NCBI GenBank assembly: GCA_963675525.2
Contig: CAXXSL010000016.1
Coordinates: 576,001 to 640,000, forward strand
Direction of reading: 5' to 3'
Origin: Anaerohalosphaeraceae bacterium
GTDB lineage: Bacteria > Planctomycetota > Phycisphaerae > Sedimentisphaerales > Anaerohalosphaeraceae
Length of the DNA: 64,000 nucleotides
The position numbers and the translations under genes were made by a program. Under the pieces are notes generated by a model, which did not search any database, was not told where the DNA came from, and saw only the letters and a program-made list of their open reading frames with translations. This document shows, in pieces, positions 20,807 to 29,948 of this stretch. Within the stretch, counting starts at the first letter, position 1. The number at the start of each line of letters is the position of its first letter.

Positions 20807-21505
20807 ATGATAGAACAGCTTTTTACATCGTTGACGCATATGATGCAGCAAAGTACCTGGCCCGCACTGGTCGCGGCGCTGGGCTGGGGGCTAATGAGCA
20901 TCATTTTAAGCCCGTGTCACCTGGCATCGATCCCGCTGGTGGTGGCATATGTCAACCGGGGCGAGATACTGAAAACCAAAAGAGCCTTCATGCTTTCCTG
21001 TCTTTTTTCGCTCGGTATTTTTGTATCGATTCTGGCAATCGGTCTTATCACCATGCGGCTTAGACAGATGCTGGGGGATATCGGGCCGTGGGGCAAGTGG
21101 CTCGTCGCGGCGGTCTTTATGGTCTTCGGGCTGGTGCTGCTGGAAGTGATCACCCTGCCGTGGTCGGGGCCGAACATGGCCTCCAATACCAAGACCGGGG
21201 CATGGGGGGCGTTTTTGCTGGGGCTGATCTTCGGAGCGGCGGTGGGACCGTGTACGTTTGCCTATATGGCGCCGGTTCTGGCAGTCGTATTTGATACCGC
21301 CGGAACCCGTTTTGTATTTGCGACAACATTAATCCTTCTGTACAGCCTCGGTCATTGCGGCATTATCGTGCTGGCGGGAACGCTGGGCGCACGGATTCAG
21401 ACCTTTCTGAACTGGGACCAAAAATCACACATGACCGCCAAAGTACGAAAAATCTGCGGTGTGGTGCTCATCGCTGTAGCGTTTTACCTCATCTGGACCA
21501 CATAA
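20807..21505 (+). CDS. ccdA: CcdA/DsbD transmembrane disulfide reductase
   Basis: LSPCHL and GPCT motifs; about 6 TM. Confidence 0.9.
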   Translation: MIEQLFTSLTHMMQQSTWPALVAALGWGLMSIILSPCHLASIPLVVAYVNRGEILKTKRAFMLSCLFSLGIFVSILAIGLITMRLRQMLGDIGPWGKWLVAAVFMVFGLVLLEVITLPWSGPNMASNTKTGAWGAFLLGLIFGAAVGPCTFAYMAPVLAVVFDTAGTRFVFATTLILLYSLGHCGIIVLAGTLGARIQTFLNWDQKSHMTAKVRKICGVVLIAVAFYLIWTT

Positions 21506-21546
21506 AATCACCTTTTTTTCGGGGCGCAATCTGTTGGCGATTTTCT

Positions 21547-21575
21547 TTGACTGAAAAGCAATTCTGACGTATCAT
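21547..21575 (+). promoter_or_regulatory. Sigma-70-like promoter
   Basis: TTGACT-N17-TATCAT upstream of the PIG-L gene. Confidence 0.6.
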
Positions 21576-21645
21576 ATTACAGGTGTGTTTATTTCATAAT
21601 CGACAGGGCACACCGTTCATCTGACCGTTTCACTTCGAGGGCGTC

Positions 21646-22323
21646 ATGGAAAACGATTGCGAATTGGCAAAAAGCAACACCTTGGACTGGAGCGACCAAA
21701 CATGTGCCGTCATCGTCGCCCATCCGGATGATGAGACGCTCTGGGCCGGCGGAATCATCCTGGCCCATCCCGAAGCCGCTTGGCACATTATCACGCTATG
21801 CCGCGGTTCGGATACCGATCGCGCTCCGAAATTTAAAAAAATTCTCACCGCATACAACGCCGCCGGGGCCATGGCGGACATCGACGACGGCCCGGACCAG
21901 ACACCGCTGAATCTCGCCGACATCGAAAAAACCATCGCGAAAAAACTGCCGGACAACCAGTACAACCGCATTATCACCCACAGCCCCGCAGGCGAATACA
22001 CCCGCCACCGCCGGCACGAAGAAACCGCACAAGCCGTTCTGGACCTGCTCGAGTCAAACCGTCTTCGCGCGTCGGCGCTGTGGATGTTCGCCTACCGGGA
22101 CAACAACCGGCAGGATTTACCGCAACCCATACCCGCCGCCGACGTACTCTATACATTGCCACAGGAAATATGGCGCAAAAAGTATGAATTAATAACAAAT
22201 ACTTACGGCTTTTCCGCTGATAGCTGGGAAGCCAAAACGACTCCGAAAACGGAAGCGTTCTGGATATTCACGTCCGCGGAAGGCGTCAAAAAACAAATCT
22301 ATGAAAGGAGCAAAACACAATGA
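21646..22323 (+). CDS. PIG-L/LmbE family deacetylase
   Basis: AHPDDE; THSPAGEYTRHRRH. Confidence 0.88.
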   Translation: MENDCELAKSNTLDWSDQTCAVIVAHPDDETLWAGGIILAHPEAAWHIITLCRGSDTDRAPKFKKILTAYNAAGAMADIDDGPDQTPLNLADIEKTIAKKLPDNQYNRIITHSPAGEYTRHRRHEETAQAVLDLLESNRLRASALWMFAYRDNNRQDLPQPIPAADVLYTLPQEIWRKKYELITNTYGFSADSWEAKTTPKTEAFWIFTSAEGVKKQIYERSKTQ

Positions 22324-23462
22324 AAGTATTAGTCCTTTACGACTACCCTTCCGGTACCGGCGGACTGGCAACGCAGGGCGCATTGCTCTACCGGGGCCTG
22401 CAGGAATTGGGTGTTGATGTCTGCCCTGTACACTTTGAATCTGCCCAGGAAAAAGAATGGTATTACCGATGGTTTCAGCCGGATGTGGTTGTTGGGGTTG
22501 GCTATTGGGGGCATACGCCGAATCTGGTTCTGCATCCCAAACGCTACGGTGTCCTGCCGATCCCGTGGCTCGTGGCCGACGGCTACATCGCCAATTATCA
22601 GGAAATCCTCGAAGAACTTCCTCTTATTTTAGTCACGTCCCGCTGGGTGAAGAAAATGTACATGCGAGACGGACTCAGCGGCGACAACATCGAAGTGCTG
22701 CCGGTGGGCTGTGACACCGATGCGTTTTGTCCTCGCCCTAAAGATGATCCCAAAATATCGACTGTTCGTGAAGCATTGGGAGTCGCTGAAGATCAGCTTA
22801 TGATTCTAACAATCGGCGGCGATGCGACGTCCAAAGGGGCCCAGGAGGTCATGCAGGCGCTGGCGATCAATGACACCAAAGCGCCGGACTGGAAATATGT
22901 CTGTAAAGTCTGGCCGCAGCCGCGTACCGAGGCCCAGAACCTGATCGATCTGCAACTGGCAACGCAGCTCGGCATCGAAAAAAATGTCGTTTATACCTCC
23001 AATGTGATCTCCCGGAATTTCATGCCGTATTTACTTGCGGCCTGCGATATTTACGCCGCCCCGTCTCGACTGGAGGGTTTCGGCATGATTCAGGTTGAAG
23101 CTAATTCCTGCGGCAAACCCGTCATCGGCATCAAGGCAATGGGGCTGCTGGATACGATGGTGCATGGTGAGACTGCGTTCCTGGCGGACATCGCACAGGA
23201 AATTCGGATACGCGAAACGGTCGTCGGCGACGAGTCCGGCTATGAGTCGAATCACAAAGTCACATTCAAAAAGCCCCGCACCGTCGATTACCGCGCCAGT
23301 GTTCATGACATCGCAAATTATCTGATGGATTTGATGGCGGATGAGAAGTTAAGGGACAAAATGGGACAGGCCGGCAGAAAAAGGGCCATCGAACTGTTTG
23401 ATTATCGTGTGGTAGCGAAAAAATTCGTGGATATCGTTTCAAAAAAACTGGGGATTTCATAG
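22320..23462 (+). CDS. Glycosyltransferase family 4
   Basis: PSRLEGFGMIQVEANSCGKPVI (EX7E motif); ATGA overlap with the upstream gene. Confidence 0.92.
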   Translation: MKVLVLYDYPSGTGGLATQGALLYRGLQELGVDVCPVHFESAQEKEWYYRWFQPDVVVGVGYWGHTPNLVLHPKRYGVLPIPWLVADGYIANYQEILEELPLILVTSRWVKKMYMRDGLSGDNIEVLPVGCDTDAFCPRPKDDPKISTVREALGVAEDQLMILTIGGDATSKGAQEVMQALAINDTKAPDWKYVCKVWPQPRTEAQNLIDLQLATQLGIEKNVVYTSNVISRNFMPYLLAACDIYAAPSRLEGFGMIQVEANSCGKPVIGIKAMGLLDTMVHGETAFLADIAQEIRIRETVVGDESGYESNHKVTFKKPRTVDYRASVHDIANYLMDLMADEKLRDKMGQAGRKRAIELFDYRVVAKKFVDIVSKKLGIS

Positions 23463-23465
23463 GCC

Positions 23466-24638
23466 ATGCGAAAAAACGAGCAGCAACTGATCGAAGACGC
23501 CAAAAAGACAGCGCTGGAAGTCTTGCTTCATAACGCGCACGGCCCTTATCGCGGTCTGCCGAGAACCGCCGGCTGGGGATATCCCGAACCCTACACGCGA
23601 GACCTGATGATTTGCCTGTTGGGCGTGTTGGTTTCCGGAAACCAAAAACTCATCGCCGCCTATAAAAAAGTCCTCCGGACACTGGCCCAAAATCAGTCGT
23701 CCAACGGTCACATTCCCTCGCTGGTCCATGACCCCGAAGACCGCGGCGCCAGCGACTGCACACCGCTTTTCCTGGTCGGCACGGGATTGTATCGCAAAGC
23801 GACGCAGGACGCGGAATTTCTCTGTGAAGCGGTCGAAAAAGCCCTCACATGGATGCGCTATCAAAGCCCGTGTGACCGGGTCCTCGTCGCGCAACTGCCC
23901 ACCAGTGACTGGCGGGATGAACAGTGGGTACTGGGTTACGGACTGTATGTCAACACGCTGGCCTATACCTATCTGAAATTGTTCGGCCGGACGGAAGATG
24001 CCGCCAGACTCAAAGATGAAATGCTGAGTTTTGCCATCGCCGAAGAACGTCAGCATCGGCACGTCCACGAAGGCCTTATGCTTAAACATAAACCGTATTA
24101 CGCCTTCTGGTCGTACAAAATCTATCAAAGCGAACGGTTCGACCTGCTGGGAAATTCACTGGCCATTCTTTCCGGCCTCGCCTCCCCGACCAGAGCCGCA
24201 TCGCTGGCGTCCTGGATCGAGCATGAATGTCAGGGGTTAAGAGAAAAAAACGAATTGGGCATCAATCTGCCGCCGAATTTCTTCCCGTATATAAAACCGT
24301 CCGATCCGGACTGGATGCCGCGTTATGAAACATACAATCAGCCGGGCGAGTATCATAACGGCGGCATCTGGCCGTTTATCTGCGGATTTTACATCGCCGC
24401 TCTCGTCGCGGCCGGAAAACATAAGCTCGCCGAGAAAAAACTGCTGGATTTAACCTATGCCGTCAAACCGTATCGAGTCGAAAAAACCGATTTCGGTTTC
24501 AATGAATGGCTCAACGCCTACGACGGAAAACCAATGGGCCAGGACTGGCAGAGTTGGTCGGCGGCGATGTATCTCTACGCCGCCAAATGTGTCGAGACGA
24601 AAACAACCCCCTTCTTTGACGACATCCGGGAACATTAA
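23466..24638 (+). CDS. GH100/amylo-alpha-1,6-glucosidase-like (alpha/alpha)6 glycoside hydrolase
   Basis: YTRD, YHNGGIWPF, FNEW..QSWSAAMYL. Confidence 0.8.
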   Translation: MRKNEQQLIEDAKKTALEVLLHNAHGPYRGLPRTAGWGYPEPYTRDLMICLLGVLVSGNQKLIAAYKKVLRTLAQNQSSNGHIPSLVHDPEDRGASDCTPLFLVGTGLYRKATQDAEFLCEAVEKALTWMRYQSPCDRVLVAQLPTSDWRDEQWVLGYGLYVNTLAYTYLKLFGRTEDAARLKDEMLSFAIAEERQHRHVHEGLMLKHKPYYAFWSYKIYQSERFDLLGNSLAILSGLASPTRAASLASWIEHECQGLREKNELGINLPPNFFPYIKPSDPDWMPRYETYNQPGEYHNGGIWPFICGFYIAALVAAGKHKLAEKKLLDLTYAVKPYRVEKTDFGFNEWLNAYDGKPMGQDWQSWSAAMYLYAAKCVETKTTPFFDDIREH

Positions 24639-24684
24639 TTTCCCTTCAGTGAGAATGGCCCATCCTGCCCTCTCGATAATATGC

Positions 24685-24915
24685 CGCCCCCTGCGGGGGC
24701 GTGAGAGATAGACACCCATTTTCCCCGGGTTTCGCTTCGCTGTGCCCGGGGCTACAACATAACGCCCTCTGCGAGGGCTTTATGCTGCCCTTTCAGGGCG
24801 AATAAATGGGGTGGTTGCCTTAGCCACCCAGGGCGTTGCCCTGGGCTAAGATATACTGCACCTTCGGTGCGATCTGTTCAATCTTGCCCATCGCTTTCGC
24901 TTCGCGAGAAGCGAT
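24685..24915. repeat. Cluster of REP-like GC-rich hairpins between convergent genes
   Basis: CGCCCCCTGCGGGGGCG; CCCCGGG..CCCGGGGCTA; GCCCTCTGCGAGGGC; GCCCTTTCAGGGC; CCCAGGGCGTTGCCCTGGGCTA; GCACCTTCGGTGC. Confidence 0.75.
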
Positions 24916-24944
24916 GCCACCCGCACACACTGAAGTGCGGACTC

Positions 24945-26552
24945 TTACAAATTTTCCCAGCCGGGGCGCAAGCGGGATTGGATACACCAGCAATCATAAA
25001 TTACCAGCGCCGCCATGCTTTCAATAACGGGAATAATGCGCGGCACGATGCAGGGGTCATGCCGGCCGTGTGTTTCAATCGGCTGCGTCTGGTATTTCAA
25101 ATCAAGCGTCATTTGCGGTTTGGCAATCGACGACGTGGGTTTGACGGCAATGCGGAAATAAACCGGCTGGCCGGTGGAAATGCCGCCGGTAATGCCGCCG
25201 GCGTTGTTAGTTGCAAACGTACCATCCGTCATATTATCGTTGGACTGACTGCCGCGAAGCTTAGTCAGCTCAAATCCCCTGCCGACCTCGATGCCTTTGA
25301 TGGCGCCGATGCTCATGACGGCACTGGTAATCCGCGAATCCAGCTTGGCGAAGACCGGGTCGCCTAATCCGGCGGGTAATCCGAAAATTTCCAGCTTCAC
25401 GACACCCCCAACGGAATCGTTGTCGTCTTTGGCGGCGAGGATCGCCTGTTTCATTTCTTCGGCAGCCTTGATATCTGCACAGCGCACGTCATTTTTTTCA
25501 ATCGCGCCATAATCACACGTCGCAGCCGCAATGCCCGCAATCTCAACGGAATGGGCGATAATCTTAACGCCCTTTTCTTCGAGAAACTTCCGGATGATCG
25601 CCCCGCCCATGACACGTCCGGCGGTTTCACGCCCGGACGAGCGCCCGCCGCCGCGATGATCGCGAATGCCGTACTTCTTATAATAGGTAAAGTCGGCATG
25701 GCCGGGACGAAACAGGTTTTTGATGCCTTCGTACTTCGATGAATCGTGGTCGCGGTTGAAAATCGCCATCGCGATCGGCGCGCCGGTGGTTTTGCCGTCA
25801 AAGACGCCAGAGAGAATTTCCACCGCATCTTTTTCATCACGCGGCGTGGTCACATCACTTTGACCCGGACGCCGACGATTCAGTTCCTTCTGGATTTCGT
25901 CGGCGCTGATCGGGATACCGGGCGTCACACCGTCCAACACGGCACCAATCGCCGGGCCGTGGCTTTCGCCAAACGTCGTTACACGGATCACATCGCCATA
26001 GGTATTGGCGGCAACAGCACGAACCGCGATCTCAACGGCGATTTGGTCCTGAAGTTCTTCGGCGACTTCTTTCGCCGTCTTGTTACTGACATCCAGAATG
26101 ATGTCGGCATACGGGGCCAGCAGTTCCTCACGAAACCTGACATTCTCTTCCAAACTCTCGCGGGCGTTCGGACCCTTCAGCCACGGCGGGATACCGTCTT
26201 TTTCAATGCGCTTCCAGATTTGTTCGGTGTCGGCCTTCAGATAAACCACAATTGCATTATCCCGCAACGCCCGCCGGCACTCAGGATTGATCAGGCTCGA
26301 CCCCCCGCAGACCACCAACTGCCAGTCGGCATCCTTCATCTGACGAATGACATGGGTTTCCATCTGGCGAAAAGCGTCTTTCCCATATTCCAGGTAGATC
26401 TCCCGGCACGTCAGCCTTTTATTGTATTTCTTGGTAAAGCACGTCTCGATCAGCGTATCTGTCTCGACCGGGAATAAACCGGTGATCTCGGCCAGCTCTT
26501 TGGCGACCGTGCTCTTACCAACACCTTTGGGGCCTGCGATAACGATCTTCAT
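24945..26552 (-). CDS. aroC: Shikimate kinase-chorismate synthase fusion
   Basis: N-terminal GPKGVGKST..CGG kinase domain, then TTFGESHG, RPGHAD, RSSGRETA, GRHDPC. Confidence 0.93.
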   Translation of the reverse strand: MKIVIAGPKGVGKSTVAKELAEITGLFPVETDTLIETCFTKKYNKRLTCREIYLEYGKDAFRQMETHVIRQMKDADWQLVVCGGSSLINPECRRALRDNAIVVYLKADTEQIWKRIEKDGIPPWLKGPNARESLEENVRFREELLAPYADIILDVSNKTAKEVAEELQDQIAVEIAVRAVAANTYGDVIRVTTFGESHGPAIGAVLDGVTPGIPISADEIQKELNRRRPGQSDVTTPRDEKDAVEILSGVFDGKTTGAPIAMAIFNRDHDSSKYEGIKNLFRPGHADFTYYKKYGIRDHRGGGRSSGRETAGRVMGGAIIRKFLEEKGVKIIAHSVEIAGIAAATCDYGAIEKNDVRCADIKAAEEMKQAILAAKDDNDSVGGVVKLEIFGLPAGLGDPVFAKLDSRITSAVMSIGAIKGIEVGRGFELTKLRGSQSNDNMTDGTFATNNAGGITGGISTGQPVYFRIAVKPTSSIAKPQMTLDLKYQTQPIETHGRHDPCIVPRIIPVIESMAALVIYDCWCIQSRLRPGWENL

Positions 26553-26751
26553 TTTCTCAAATTTCCAATTTAAAAATATCCTGTTTCCGGATGAACCATC
26601 GGCCAAACGGACTGATAGACAAAAAAGATCCATCCGAAAGGCGATTTTACGTAAAATGGCCTAAAAATCAACCAAAGAATGTCTCACCGGCAACATCGGC
26701 CCGACAAGAAACGGAAGTGTTTTTAAAATATGGGGTTATTTTGGCGAGATT

Positions 26752-26955
26752 CTAACCGGCCATTGAAACCAGTCTTTTGTCGCGAATTTCCTGAGCCAGC
26801 TTAAACCCGGCATCCAGCGACCGCGAAAAATCAGGGTCCAAGGCATCATTAATATGATGGGCCTTCAAAAAACTTTCAGCCAGTGCGGTCGCATTGTTGA
26901 AACCGTCCTGTTCGATCTTTTCCCGCATCCATTGCATAATTTCATTTTCAGTCAT
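26752..26955 (-). CDS. Small hypothetical protein
   Basis: MTENEIMQWMREKI...; plausible composition, start uncertain. Confidence 0.55.
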   Translation of the reverse strand: MTENEIMQWMREKIEQDGFNNATALAESFLKAHHINDALDPDFSRSLDAGFKLAQEIRDKRLVSMAG

Positions 26956-27280
26956 TGCTTGCATCCCGACTATTGATTGACTTATATACATATTAAAATC
27001 GACCAAAAAGCCTCCGCATATTCAATTTTTTAGCGGAATCCAATAAAATTCCCCCAATAGACCGATAATACCAGCCTCGAAACAAAATTGGACAATCGCC
27101 CAGAATAATCACCCTGTATTTTACCGTCAGTGTTTATTCAACGACTGACACTCTTCAAACAAGCTTTTCAATATTAATACCGCCGATTTTTCAGGGAAAT
27201 CGGGTTGTTGGCCGATATAGTGAAGTGTAGGATTTCTGCGCCAAAACGCTATTATGCTATTATAAACAGGGAAAAAATAC

Positions 27281-29752
27281 GTGAAACACGCCAATTTATA
27301 TCGCATTGCGATTGAAGTTATCTTGTTGTTCGTCTGTATCTTTCTGTTTTTCAGCTTAATCAGTTTTGATATGGGCGATTCGCCCAGCGAGTATGTCTGG
27401 CCGCATAACAACCCGGCGGCCAATATGTGTCGCGGGGCAGGGGCTTTTTGTGCCTATTACACGTTGTATTATTTCGGGCCCGGGATGTTTTTAGCCCTGG
27501 TCGCCATCGCGACGGCGATAACGATTCATCTGGCTGGAAAACCAATTACCCAGCCAATCCTTCGTCTGATCGGTCTTATTTTGGTTGTCGCGGCCGCATC
27601 CGTAACATGGCATTTGGTCTGGCCGACCGAACCGATCGGCATCTATCGTACCGGCTCATTTCCGGCCGGAAACGGTGGCGTTCTGGGCGTGGCCGCATCC
27701 CGGTTCTTATTGCCGCATCTGGGCTTGTTGGGCACATGGCTGGTGGTGCTGTGCTGCTGGGCCGTGGGGTTGATCCTGCTGGCCGATATTGTTGTGTTCG
27801 CTTCGGTGCGGTATTTCGGATTGGCGGTTTTAAAGGCACTGGGACTGGCCGAACCGGCGTGGAAGGCGGCCCGACAACATTCGCAGGCACTGGGCGATAT
27901 CTGGACCCGGCTGAGCGAACGGCAGAAAACTCAGGACAAGTCCTTCAAGCAGGCCGTACGGGAATATACCTCCAAAACGCAAACCTACGATACGCCCGTA
28001 ACGGTGATGGAAGATGAGGAAGAGGTTGACACACTTGAACACGCCGAAGACCAGTCGGTTGAGGAATCCATCGCGGCCAAACCGAAAAAGAAATCAAAGG
28101 GCCTGTTCAAAATGAAAAAACGAAAACTGGCACCCAAACCCAAGAAGCCGCCGGTACCGGTTCAGAAAAGTTATGATGATTATCAATTGCCACCGATGGA
28201 GTTCCTCAGGGAACCGGAGACCGGCTTTACTGCCATCCAGAGCAAAATGGTCGAGCACAAGGCCCAGTCGCTGGAGTCGATGTTGGAAGAGTTCGGGGTC
28301 AATGCTGAAGTCGTTAATGCCGAGCCGGGCCCGGCGATCACAATGTACGAACTGGAACTGGCGCCGGGTGTGAAGGTTAGCCAGATTTCAACGCTGGCCA
28401 ATGACATGGCGCGGGCGCTGGGGTCGGGCATGGTGCGTGTGGTTGCGCCGCTTCCGGGCAAGCATACCATCGGGATCGAAGTGCCAAACAGCCAGCGTGA
28501 AATCGTGCGGATTAAGGAGTTGTTCGAGAAAAGTACGTCCGCCGGAAAGATGCAGATCCCGCTGTTTCTGGGTAAAAGTTCTTCAGGGCAGGTGCTGGTG
28601 TCAGATTTGGCAGCGATGCCGCATATGCTAATCGCCGGTACGACCGGTTCCGGTAAGAGTGTGTGCATCAATACGATTATTACGAGTATTCTGCTGACGC
28701 GGCGGCCGGACGAAGTGAAGCTGATCCTGATCGACCCGAAGATGGTGGAGATGGCAATGTTTGAGTCGATTCCGCACTTGATGGCGCCAATCGTCACCGA
28801 AATGCGGCGGGCCGAACAGATCCTCGAATGGGCCACGCAAAAGATGGACGAGCGGTACGAACTGCTGGCCGAAGCCCAGGTACGCAACATTGCTTCATAT
28901 AACCTGCTCAGCCAAGAGGAACTGCTCGAACGGTTCAATCCTTCGACGCCGGAGGAAGAGGCGAAAATTCCAAAAAAGCTGCCGCACATCGTTATCATTA
29001 TCGATGAGCTGGCCGACTTGATGATGACCTCGGCCAAGGAGGTCGAAGCTTATGTCGTACGCATCGCGCAGAAAAGCCGTGCTATCGGCATTCATTTAGT
29101 GCTGGCCACACAGCGGCCGCAAGCAACCGTCGTTACGGGGTTGATCAAGTCGAATATGCCCTCGCGCATCGCCTTCCGCGTGGCCGCCCGAATGGACAGC
29201 CGCATCATCCTCGACCAGAACGGCGCCGAAACGCTGCTCGGTCAGGGCGACATGCTGTTCCTCAAGCCCGGCACCAGCGAACTGGTTCGCGCACAAGGTG
29301 CCTTCCTTGATGACGACGAAATTCGCGAGGTCGTCAAGTTCCTCAAGACCGTCGCCCAACCGCAGTTCAGCCGGGAGCTGATGCAATTGAATAAGGTGGA
29401 CCTCAGCGCCGCCAAGAAAGATGATATGTTTGAGGAAGCTGTTCGGGTTGTACTGGAAACGCAGCGAGGCAGTGTCTCGCTCCTGCAGCGACGGCTGGGA
29501 ATCGGCTATGCCCGCGCCTCGCGTATCATCGAGGTGATGGCGGCGTCGGGTCTGCTCGGCGAATATAAAGGCAGCCAGGCACGCGAAGTCGTGATGACGC
29601 TGGACGAGTATGAGGCCATGAAAAAGAACATGATTGCCGATGAGGTCGCCGGCTATGCCGACCTGACGCAGGAAATTGAGGACGAGGAAGAGGAAGACTA
29701 CGACGAAGCCTCTGAGTATATCGATGAAGATGAGGAGGAAGAAGACGAATAG
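27281..29752 (+). CDS. ftsK: DNA translocase FtsK
   Basis: N-terminal TMs, PHMLIAGTTGSGKS, IDELADLM, C-terminal gamma domain SVSLLQRRLGIGYARA, acidic tail. Confidence 0.97.
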   Translation: MKHANLYRIAIEVILLFVCIFLFFSLISFDMGDSPSEYVWPHNNPAANMCRGAGAFCAYYTLYYFGPGMFLALVAIATAITIHLAGKPITQPILRLIGLILVVAAASVTWHLVWPTEPIGIYRTGSFPAGNGGVLGVAASRFLLPHLGLLGTWLVVLCCWAVGLILLADIVVFASVRYFGLAVLKALGLAEPAWKAARQHSQALGDIWTRLSERQKTQDKSFKQAVREYTSKTQTYDTPVTVMEDEEEVDTLEHAEDQSVEESIAAKPKKKSKGLFKMKKRKLAPKPKKPPVPVQKSYDDYQLPPMEFLREPETGFTAIQSKMVEHKAQSLESMLEEFGVNAEVVNAEPGPAITMYELELAPGVKVSQISTLANDMARALGSGMVRVVAPLPGKHTIGIEVPNSQREIVRIKELFEKSTSAGKMQIPLFLGKSSSGQVLVSDLAAMPHMLIAGTTGSGKSVCINTIITSILLTRRPDEVKLILIDPKMVEMAMFESIPHLMAPIVTEMRRAEQILEWATQKMDERYELLAEAQVRNIASYNLLSQEELLERFNPSTPEEEAKIPKKLPHIVIIIDELADLMMTSAKEVEAYVVRIAQKSRAIGIHLVLATQRPQATVVTGLIKSNMPSRIAFRVAARMDSRIILDQNGAETLLGQGDMLFLKPGTSELVRAQGAFLDDDEIREVVKFLKTVAQPQFSRELMQLNKVDLSAAKKDDMFEEAVRVVLETQRGSVSLLQRRLGIGYARASRIIEVMAASGLLGEYKGSQAREVVMTLDEYEAMKKNMIADEVAGYADLTQEIEDEEEEDYDEASEYIDEDEEEEDE

Positions 29753-29840
29753 CGCATCGCTCTCTTTCCCGGTCTTTCATGATGCCGCTTTTTTGTCTGT
29801 TCCGTTTCATGTATTAGGCATTTAAAATATTAGGTGTCCG

Positions 29841-29868
29841 TTGACATATCAGCCTAATTCGCTACAAT
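29841..29868 (+). promoter_or_regulatory. Sigma-70-like promoter
   Basis: TTGACA-N16-TACAAT. Confidence 0.6.
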
Positions 29869-29948
29869 TTCTTTACAGGAAGACAGAACCGTCGCAAGAG
29901 AAACTCAATTACGATTTCAATTTAGCCATTCAATGAAGAAAGTAAACA

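Noticed and set aside
24685..24915. CRISPR array
   Set aside because: The hairpins are non-identical, there are no regular spacers and no cas genes
27281..29752. Conjugative or type VII FtsK-like ATPase
   Set aside because: It has N-terminal TMs, a single motor domain and a gamma domain, as in housekeeping FtsK
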